NCBI RefSeq assembly: GCF_006345805.1
Contig: NW_021828756.1
Location: forward strand, 1 to 7,771
Source of the DNA: Octopus sinensis
Taxonomy: Eukaryota
Length of the DNA stretch: 7,771 nt
Reading direction: 5' to 3'
Position numbers and translations under genes: made by a program
Notes under the pieces: generated by a model
The model's database searches: none
Told to the model about the DNA's origin: nothing
The model's input: only the letters and a program-made list of their open reading frames with translations
In this document: positions 1 through 6,846 of the stretch, in pieces
Layout of the letters: each line of letters starts with the position of its first letter
Numbering within the stretch: the first letter of the stretch is position 1

Positions 1-64
1 ATATATGTATATATATGTATATTTATGAATGCATATGTATGTATATATATATGAATACATATAT

Positions 65-114
<50 letters not shown>

Positions 115-190
115 CACATATACAGATATATATATATATATGAATATATATACGCGCGCGCGCGTGTGTGTGCATGGGTGTGTGTGTGTG
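1..190. repeat. Compound microsatellite: (TA)n/(TATG)n, (CA)n, (CG)6 at 153-164, (TG)n
   Basis: Read directly from the sequence. Confidence 0.97.
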
Positions 191-441
191 TTCTGTTCAA
201 TATACATCTACAGATGCATTACTTAGACACACCATCAGCTGGAGTCATCTGTTGTTTCGTGTCTCGGAACATAGATCCTCTTTCACGTGACCGGACCCAC
301 GCAATTGAACACCAGGCCAGTGTCCAAAGCATCATTTTATTCACCTCCTTTCAACCAAAGTCTTCTAGGTCGATTCTCAAGCTGAATCTACAGTCCTGTA
401 ACTGATGCCACTCCCACTCATTCCTGTAATTTCTTTGGCTG

Positions 442-559
442 TAGCGATTCGGCAAATGAGACCGAGAAAATAAGTACTAGTCTTACAAAGAATAAGTCCT
501 GGGGTCAATTCGCTCGACTAAAATTGGTGCTCCAACATAGCCTCGTTAAAAGAATAAAA

Positions 560-562
<3 letters not shown>
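442..562 (+). mobile_element. SINE family A, degenerate 3' fragment (copy A0)
   Basis: tagcgattcggcaaatgagaccga...cttacaaagaataagtcctggggtcaattcgctcgacta...ggtgctcc aligns to the 3' half of copies A1 (3619-4055) and A2 (5150-5556). It ends in a (TAAAAGAA)2 tail. Confidence 0.88.

Positions 563-638
<76 letters not shown>
562..638. repeat. Perfect (AT)n microsatellite
   Basis: Read directly. Confidence 0.98.
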
Positions 639-639
<1 letters not shown>

Positions 640-849
640 TTACATATAAGACCAATGAATCTAATGTGCTTGGGTTAGATTTTCCTTTGGGGCTGGCCCG
701 GTCGGAGCAATCTCAAGATTAATGAGGCCGAAATTGCGAGGATGATCCGGTTCTTGACTGAAGATCGAAGGCTTCGAATGTCCCGTCCGTGTTTTTTGTA
801 TCGTCTTCTAAATGTTTTACGTTCTTGTCCCAGTTTGTATTTTTTTACT

Positions 850-853
850 TATA

Positions 854-919
<66 letters not shown>
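850..919. repeat. (TA)n microsatellite with two phase shifts
   Basis: Read directly. Confidence 0.98.
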
Positions 920-923
<4 letters not shown>

Positions 924-1120
924 GGTATGTATGTATAGTCAAATAAACGAACTGTAAAATTAACAATAACAGACAAGAGGAGGTGCACAAGGAATGCATT
1001 ACTTTGACGCTCAGTAAAAAAATGATTTAGAGGCTTCGTCGGAAAAGAGAAAGGAAAAAATTCAAAGAGGAAGCGAAATCGCCAACAGCACTATGTAGTT
1101 ACATAGCTGAAGTGGCCACA

Positions 1121-1302
1121 TATATATCTTATACGTAAATGGCAATTTCTGCCTGTCGATCTGTCTGTCACCATCTCGCTGCCTACACCAGTGAACCAAT
1201 CTTGACGAAACTTTGCATGCATGTTAAACTAACATCCAGTTCAATTATAGGTTAATTGGATTTCAATAAAAATCTATAATAGGCCCTCTCTGGGGCTATT
1301 AT
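1121..1302 (+). mobile_element. Probable non-autonomous Helitron/Helentron-type (Lep1/DINE-1-like) 5' fragment
   Basis: The layout atcttatacgtaaatg...ctgtctgtc...gtgaaccaatcttgacgaaactttgcatg resembles, from memory, the TC-start, (CTGT)n and 'gaaccgattttgatgaaatttgg' pattern of these elements. An imperfect hairpin lies at 1276-1302. There is no second copy in the window, so the right boundary is uncertain. Confidence 0.4.
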
Positions 1303-1506
1303 TTGATAAAATGAGAAGGATGCAAGAGTGTTAGTACGAGGGAAATGTAGTGGCGTAGTGAGTGTGGCTGATATCAAGGAAGGAGAGAAGAGCGTTGTGT
1401 AAGCGACATATACGGAGTGGCAGTGGGATAATAAAGTTAATACAGCTGCCATTCAGGTATATACACGCGACGTAGCATACATGCTTTCGTAAATACATAG
1501 ATACAT

Positions 1507-1507
<1 letters not shown>

Positions 1508-1541
<34 letters not shown>
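1508..1541. repeat. (CA)17 microsatellite
   Basis: Read directly. Confidence 0.98.
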
Positions 1542-1543
<2 letters not shown>

Positions 1544-2364
1544 CACATATACATAAGGAACTTTTAAAACACCGAGGAAGGAAAAGAAGGGTGCGTGTGA
1601 GGAATACGTAGCTTTAAGGAGAGAGGGGGAGGTGGTTTTTCTGCTGTCCATTGCAAAGAAACACTAATACACACACACTTATATAAACATACATACATAC
1701 GTTCATATATACATATGTCTACTATACGCCACGTTTGTAAATGTGTATGTGTGCGCTCGAGTTTTAGTATGTGTGTGTCACAGCCTATAACTGTCTGTCT
1801 CTACTTTTGTAGGGTCTTCCCTGTAGCTGTCACGTATCGTGAAATTTCAAAATTACGTCAAAATTTTCAAATTTGGTATATTGAAGTAATTTTCCACGTT
1901 AAATCCGATTTTATTGCTTATTTATTCCAGAAAAAATTGCAGAAAAATGTTACTGAAGTCTAAAATCTGATCGATTTTACCTAATCAGTAAACAGGATTT
2001 GGAAGCTGGAATTTTCTGCATGATAGCTGTCTATCAGAAAATGAAAGCAAAATCATTACAAGGAGGAATTTTTATTAAACAAATGAAAGCGAAGTATTAC
2101 GACTACCAAAGTTGTAAGAACTTCTGAAGTTTTTTTTATATAAGTTTTAATGAATAAACTTATGTGAAACGGTCGAACAGACATGTAAATTAATTTAAAA
2201 GGAGAAAAAAATCCTCAACGAAGTTTTACTACAAAACATTGCACAAATCTGTCCTGATCAAGAGAACTACTTGTCGAGCATGGCATGCCCTGACATGGAA
2301 TAAAAAAAAAATTATATAATACATTCTATTGTAAAAACTTCCTGGTAACTGCGGTATTCAGCTA

Positions 2365-2397
2365 GTGTGTGTGTATGTGTGGTGTGTGTGGGGGTGC

Positions 2398-2445
<48 letters not shown>

Positions 2446-2456
2446 ATATATATATA
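2365..2456. repeat. Compound microsatellite (GT)n - (TC)20 - (TA)n
   Basis: Read directly; the (TC) run is 2403-2442. Confidence 0.96.
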
Positions 2457-2874
2457 AGTTCAGCAAAAATTTAGATTCAAATGAATATGGTACTTAATTT
2501 AGATGCACCAGAATTCAGTATGGTGTTATCCATAAAAATCCGTGGGGTGATTATAATCAAAAATAAGCAACAAGAATGACTCCGGTAATTTGGTATGATC
2601 GTTTCGTACTACATCATTTTATTAAATGTTGTAAGTATTACAACAGTTTTAAAATGCTGAGCACTCATCAGCCAATTATAGAGGTTTTCCATTAATACAA
2701 AAATTTTCATATCAAGTGGCAACATTATAGAGAAGGTAGATATATAGACAAAGATGTGGATTTAAATTTTAAGAACATTTGAGGTAGTGGAGCTCATTAA
2801 CTGACTGACTAAGATTCAGTTGTTCCAGACAAAAGGACAATGAATTGGTCTCAAAACATGGTTGTTACCTATTG

Positions 2875-3227
2875 GCAGGCGGACTCGCGGTCGTACGATC
2901 GCGGTTTCGATTCCCAGATCGGGCGTTGTGAGTGTTTATTGAGCGAAATCAACTAAAGCTCCACGAAGCTCAGGCAAGGGGTGGTGCGAACCCTGCTGTA
3001 CCCTTTCACCACAACTTTCTCTCACTCTTTCTTCCTGTTTCTGTTGTACTTGTATTTCAAAGGGCCAGCCTTGTCACACTCTGTGTCACGCTGAATTTCC
3101 CCGAGAACTACGTTAAGGGTACACGTGTCTGTGGAGTGCTCAGCCACTTGCACGTTAATTTCACGAGTAGGCTATCCGTTGATCAGAGCAACTGGAACCC
3201 TCGTCGTCGTAACCGACGGAGTTCCAC
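2875..3227 (+). mobile_element. tRNA-derived SINE family B, copy B1 (5'-truncated, lacks A box)
   Basis: Collinear with the reverse complement of 5842-6205. It keeps the B box ggtttcgattccc and ends in ...gtcgtcgtaaccgacggagttccac, followed by (TA)n. Confidence 0.93.
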
Positions 3228-3228
3228 G

Positions 3229-3247
3229 ATATATATATATATATTAT

Positions 3248-3322
<75 letters not shown>

Positions 3323-3330
3323 ACATATAT
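3229..3330. repeat. (AT)n microsatellite
   Basis: Read directly. Confidence 0.98.
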
Positions 3331-3344
3331 CGTCAAGGCGGAGG

Positions 3345-3570
3345 TAATAATAATAATGGCTTCAAATTTTGGCACAAGGCTAGCAATTTCTAGGGAGGGA
3401 GTAAGTCGATTATATCAACCCCAGTGTTCAACTGGTACTTGTTTTATCAATCACGAAAGAATAAAAGGCAAAGTCGACCTGCGCAGATTTTGAATTCAGA
3501 ATGTAAAGACGGACGAAATGCTACTAAGCATTTTGTCCGGCTTACTAACGATTCTACCAGCTCGCCGCCT
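3345..3570 (-). mobile_element. tRNA-derived SINE family C, copy C1 (near full length)
   Basis: The minus strand starts ggcggcgagctggtagaatcg and has a B-box-like gaattcaaaatc, a central gtcgactttgccttttattctttcgtgattgataaaacaagtacc segment and an (ATT)n tail. It is homologous to 4054-4247 and 4682-4815. The central segment resembles, from memory, the Deu/Nin-type domain (unverified). Confidence 0.88.
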
Positions 3571-3573
3571 AAT

Positions 3574-3595
3574 CAACAACAACAACAATAACAAC
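3574..3595. repeat. (CAA)n/(TAA) trinucleotide repeat
   Basis: Read directly. Confidence 0.9.
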
Positions 3596-3618
3596 GTTAA
3601 AGGAAGTTCGCAAATAGA

Positions 3619-3793
3619 GGCGCAGGAGTGGCTGTGTGATAAATAGCTTGCTTACGAACCACATGGTTCCGGGTTCAGTCCCACTGCGTGGCACCTTGGG
3701 CAAGTGTCTTCTACAATAGCCTCGGGCCGACCAAAGCCTTGTGAATGGATTTGGGAGACGGAAACTGAAAGAAGCCCGTCGTATATATATATA

Positions 3794-3828
<35 letters not shown>

Positions 3829-4055
3829 GATATATATATATGTATATGTATGTAATGTGTGTGTATATATTTGTGTGTCTGTGTTTGTCCCTCCAACATC
3901 GCTTGACAACCGATGCTGGTGTGTTTACGTCCCCGTAACCTGGCGGTTCGGCAAAAGAGACCGATAGAATACGTACTGGGCTTACAAAGAATTAGGCGGT
4001 GCTCCAGCATGGCCACAGCCAAATGACTGAAACAAGTAAGAGGGTAAAGAGTAAA
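3619..4055 (+). mobile_element. tRNA-derived SINE family A, copy A1 (full length, internal microsatellite, 27-bp internal deletion)
   Basis: The head ggcgcaggagtggctgtgtg carries an A-box-like tggctgtgtga (3629-3639) and a B box ggttcagtccc (3672-3682). It has about 11 mismatches in ~165 bp against the head of A2 by manual alignment, an internal (TA)n/(TG)n at ~3782-3870, and the tail gtaagagggtaaagagt. Confidence 0.95.
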
Positions 4056-4247
4056 TAATTGTTTCAAATAATTTCAAATTTTATCAAAAGACCGACAATT
4101 TTTTTAGAGAGGGAGCAAGTCGATTTTATCGACACCAGTGCTCAAGGATTAAAGGCAAAGTTGACCACGGCGAAATTTGAAGAGATGGAAAAAAATTGGT
4201 GATAAGCATTTTCTCCAACGCGCTAATGATTCTACCAGCTCACTGCA
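4054..4247 (-). mobile_element. SINE family C, copy C2 (older, ~27-bp internal deletion)
   Basis: aagtcgattttatcgacaccagtg, aaaggcaaagttgaccacggcg and taagcatttt...gattctaccagctc align to C1. Confidence 0.82.
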
Positions 4248-4269
4248 TTGACGTTCACCATCAACTCTT

Positions 4270-4301
4270 TCAGAAATTTTGGGGAGAGTTTTCAACTGGT
4301 G
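4270..4301 (-). mobile_element. SINE family C, copy C3 distal part (split by nested insertion)
   Basis: cagaaattttggggagag...ttcaactggtg matches C1 tagcaatttctagggaggg...ttcaactggtac and continues at 4682 as tggtgcttattttatagacccc. The alignment is short. Confidence 0.6.
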
Positions 4302-4680
4302 TTTTTTTTTTGTTTTTTTTTATTTATGCGCCCTTCTCAAGCCTAGCCAGGCTCATGGGCCCGCGCCCTTCTCAAGCCTAGCCAGGCTCATGGGCCCGGT
4401 TTCCCGGTTTCTATGGCGTATGTGTTCCCCCCCCCCCCCCCCCAGCTGGACGGAACGCCAGTCCATCGCAGCGTTACTCAAGAAACAGGAAGAAAGAGTG
4501 AGAGAAAGTTGGGGCCGAAAGAGTACAACAGGGGTCGCCACCCAACCCCCTGCCGGAGGCTCGTGGAGCCTTAGGTGCTTTCGCTCAATAAACACACACA
4601 ACGCCCGGTCTGGGAATCGAAACCGCGACGATCCTCCAACCGCGAATCCGCTGCTCTAACCACTGAGCCATCGCGCCTCC
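4302..4680 (-). mobile_element. Chimeric SINE B3: family B head with an unrelated 3' half, 35-bp terminal duplication and A-rich tail
   Basis: 4481-4680 aligns to the B2 head, with A box tggctcagtgg (4660-4670) and B box ggtttcgattccc (4612-4624). 4328-4480 is not found in B1 or B2. The T-rich stretch 4302-4327 is the poly(A)-like tail. TGGTG flanks the element at 4297-4301 and 4682-4686. Confidence 0.85.
4328..4397. repeat. Perfect 2 x 35-bp tandem duplication gcgcccttctcaagcctagccaggctcatgggccc
   Basis: 4328-4362 is identical to 4363-4397. Confidence 0.98.
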
Positions 4681-4681
4681 A

Positions 4682-4815
4682 TGGTGCTTATTTTATAGAC
4701 CCCAAAAGGATGAAAGGTAAAATCGATCTCGGCGGAATTCGACCACAGAACGTAAAAACAGATGAAAATGCCGCTAAGCATTTTCCGGCTTGCTAATGGG
4801 TCTAACAGCTCGCCG
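4682..4815 (-). mobile_element. SINE family C, copy C3 head part
   Basis: gacccca aaaggatgaaaggtaaaatcgatctcggcggaattcgaccacagaacgtaaa...ccgctaagcatttt...cagctcgccg aligns to C1 3433-3568. Confidence 0.87.
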
Positions 4816-5063
4816 ATTAAATTAGGCAAATGCTGCTACCAGTTGCTAAGGGGCTCGTTGTCACCATCAATCTGTATAAATGGTCCAAACAGGGTTAATG
4901 ATACTATTGTTTAACGCTACCGGGTTGAGTCCGGATCCTGCAGACCTAGTGTCCCAAAAGTGACAATCCTGCTTTTTTTTTCTCTATTTCAGAAACAGGA
5001 TCTATAAATAAGTTATTCAATATCTTTCTTAGTTTTTTAAAGATAAAGTATTATTTGACTGAC

Positions 5064-5149
5064 ACTTGACTAATTATTCTTGACAGGTCGGTGACCGCGT
5101 TGCACTTTTTGAGTCGTCCTGCGTAATTGCGGTCATACAATGCGACTAT
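5064..5149 (+). repeat. 86-bp direct repeat, left copy (target-site duplication of SINE A2)
   Basis: 85/86 identical to 5557-5642; the only difference is C5143 versus T5636. Confidence 0.97.
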
Positions 5150-5556
5150 CTCTCTTTTACTCTTTTACTTGTTTCAGTACTTTGACTGCGGCCATGCTGG
5201 AGCACCGCCTTTAGTCGAGCAAATCGACCCCGGGACTTATTCTTTGTAAGCCCAGTACTTATTCTATCGGTCTCTTTTTGCTGAACCGCTAAGTGACGGG
5301 GATGTAAACACACCAGCATCGGTTGTCAAGCAATGCTAGGGGGACAAACACAGACATACAAACACACACACATATATATATATATACATATATACGACAG
5401 GCTTCTTTCAGTTTCCGTCTACCAAATCCACTCACAAGGCATTGATCGGCCCGAGGCTATAGTAGAAGACACTTGCCCAAGATGCCACGCAGTGGGACTG
5501 AACCCGGAACCATGTGGTTGGTTAGCAAGCTACTTACCACACAGCCACTCCTGCGC
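5150..5556 (-). mobile_element. tRNA-derived SINE family A, copy A2 (full length)
   Basis: The reverse complement starts gcgcaggagtggctgtgtggtaag and is collinear with A1 throughout. It has an internal (TA)/(TG) run and ends gaaacaagtaaaagagtaaaagagag. It is bounded exactly by the 86-bp repeats. Confidence 0.96.
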
Positions 5557-5642
5557 ACTTGACTAATTATTCTTGACAGGTCGGTGACCGCGTTGCACTT
5601 TTTGAGTCGTCCTGCGTAATTGCGGTCATACAATGTGACTAT
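5557..5642 (+). repeat. 86-bp direct repeat, right copy
   Basis: Matches 5064-5149 at 85 of 86 positions. Confidence 0.97.
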
Positions 5643-5682
5643 GGTTGATCGTGGTAACTAATTTTCGCACACTCATCTACAA

Positions 5683-5737
5683 CCACCCAGCCACCCACCC
5701 AGCCAGCCATGTATTCAGGCATACGTACACTAACACA

Positions 5738-5768
<31 letters not shown>

Positions 5769-5774
5769 GCGCGC
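5683..5774. repeat. (CCCA/GCCA)n, (AC)11 and (GC)10 simple repeats
   Basis: Read directly; (AC) at 5733-5754 and (GC) at 5755-5774. Confidence 0.95.
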
Positions 5775-5841
5775 AAATATTAAAGGGATGCTTCTTTTGA
5801 AGCAATCTTAAGGATAACGACTGAGAATTTTTTGTTGGTAT

Positions 5842-6233
5842 GGTGGAAGCACTCCGTCGGTTACGACGACGAGGGCTCCGGTTGATCCGAATCAACGGAA
5901 CAGCCTGCTCGTGAAATTAACGTGTAAGTGGCTGAGCACTCCACAGACACGTGTACCCTTAACGTAGTTCTCGGGGATATTCAGCGTGACACAGAGAGTG
6001 ACAAGGCCGGCCCTTTGAAATACAGGTACAACAGAAACAGGAAGTAAGAGTGAGGGTGAGAGAAAGTTGTGGTGAAAGAGTACAGCAGGGATCACCACCA
6101 TCCCCTGCCGGAGACTCGTGGAGCTTTTAGGTGTTTTCACTCAATAAACACTCACAACGCCCGGTCTGGGAATCGAAACCGCGATCCTATGACCGCGAGT
6201 CCGTTGCTCTAACCACTGGGCCATTGCGCCTCC
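5842..6233 (-). mobile_element. tRNA-derived SINE family B, copy B2 (full length, ~12-bp target-site duplication)
   Basis: The minus strand starts ggaggcgcaatggcccagtggttagag and is collinear with B1. The flanks are ttttgttggtat (5830-5841) and ttttgttagtat (6236-6247), 11/12 identical. Confidence 0.95.
6168..6223 (-). promoter_or_regulatory. Internal RNA polymerase III type-2 promoter (A and B boxes) of SINE B2
   Basis: A box tggcccagtgg (6213-6223) and B box ggtttcgattccc (6168-6180) at tRNA-like spacing. Confidence 0.75.
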
Positions 6234-6284
6234 ACTTTTGTTAGTATAACTGTATAATGACAGTAGAATTGATTATGATAATGC

Positions 6285-6380
6285 GTGTGTGCGTGTGTGT
6301 ATGTGTGTGTGTTGTGTGTGTGTGTGTGTGTGTGATGTGTGTGTGTGCGTGTGCGTACGAGCGTATGTATGTATGTGTAA
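6285..6380. repeat. Imperfect (GT)n/(GTAT)n microsatellite
   Basis: Read directly. Confidence 0.95.
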
Positions 6381-6510
6381 AGATGGTTGACGTCATAAGA
6401 ATTTAGAAAAAAGAATTTTAGAGAAAACGTGACATACCTTTTTTTTTTGGAACACTGGATCTCGAAACATATTAAGCTTAAATAATAGTGTGTAATTATT
6501 AGGCTGAGTT

Positions 6511-6570
6511 GGTGTCCCAGCATGGCCGTAGTCAAATGACTGAATCAGGTAACAGGATAAACGATAAAGG
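6511..6570 (+). mobile_element. Isolated 3' tail of family A type (copy A3), from a truncated SINE or its partner LINE
   Basis: ggtgtcccagcatggccgtagtcaaatgactgaatcaggtaa matches A1 ggtgctccagcatggccacagccaaatgactgaaacaagtaa. Confidence 0.75.

Positions 6571-6600
<30 letters not shown>
6570..6600. repeat. (GTAT)n tetranucleotide microsatellite
   Basis: Read directly. Confidence 0.97.
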
Positions 6601-6601
<1 letters not shown>

Positions 6602-6794
6602 CATTCAAAAATTGGCATGCATCTATTTTTGTGTGGGTCGGGTAGGTACTTTTACCATTTGTCTTGGAGAATTGTCCTGTTAGCAATACCAGATGGCACA
6701 TTTCGAAGAGGCACACCAGTTTCGGTAATTATACAGAACAGTTTGGGAATATGTCACTGAACAGAAGAAAAAAAAAAGAAAGAAACGTAATATT

Positions 6795-6846
6795 AACAAG
6801 AGCACTCAGAGATCGCAAACCTCCGCCAAGGCAACACCAACGTCTT
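6795..6846 (-). mobile_element. Probable 3' terminus of a Helentron-associated non-autonomous element (HINE/DINE-1-like)
   Basis: The minus strand ends ccttggcggaggtttgcgatctctgagtgctcttgtt at an AT-rich site. This resembles, from memory, the subterminal repeat plus 3' hairpin of these elements. The matching other end was not found. Confidence 0.45.

Noticed and set aside
191-440. Possible RTE reverse-transcriptase remnant on the minus strand (QE*VGVASV...ENRPRRLW)
   Set aside because: Only a vague resemblance, with several stops and no diagnostic LRWxGHV or GRP motif.
758-784. Second hammerhead-like motif CTGAAGA...GAATGTC
   Set aside because: Helix II lacks a closing pair in register, GAAA is incomplete, and helix I cannot form with the flanks.
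29-924. ORFs 29-226, 106-405 and 742-924
   Set aside because: YI/CV/HT dipeptide runs are translations of (TA)n, (TG)n and (CA)n, which contain no stop codons. No domain is recognisable.
1091-1106. Palindrome ctatgta-gt-tacatag
   Set aside because: Short and AT-rich; expected by chance in 7.8 kb.
1252-1963. ORFs 1252-1452, 1331-1651 and 1715-1963
   Set aside because: They span microsatellites or low-complexity DNA and have no motif or coding-like bias.
2627-2645. Inverted repeat tgttgtaa-gta-ttacaaca
   Set aside because: An 8-bp AT-rich stem is within chance expectation and has no supporting context.
3619-3690. tRNA gene calls at SINE heads (also 6160-6233 and 4605-4680)
   Set aside because: A and B boxes are present, but there is no complete cloverleaf and each continues into a SINE body.
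4328-4397. CRISPR-like repeat
   Set aside because: Two adjacent units with no spacer, no cas genes and a eukaryotic context.
4892-4915. piggyBac-like end GGG|TTAA
   Set aside because: No matching TTAA|CCC inverted end was found.
4972-4992. Splice-acceptor-like polypyrimidine tract plus CAG
   Set aside because: No convincing exon or donor follows, and such motifs are common in AT-rich DNA.
5064-5642. TRIM/LTR or retrozyme interpretation of the 86-bp repeats
   Set aside because: No TG...CA ends, primer-binding site, polypurine tract, outer duplication or ribozyme core. The interior is a standard SINE also present without these flanks at 3619-4055.
2932-6140. Apparently conserved peptides in ORF pairs 2932-3393/5892-6140 (PENYVKGTRVCGVLSHLHVNF) and 3652-3909/5333-5566 (EDTCPRCHAVGLNPEPCG)
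   Set aside because: They are translations of duplicate SINE copies (families B and A). The similarity is at DNA level and does not indicate a protein family.
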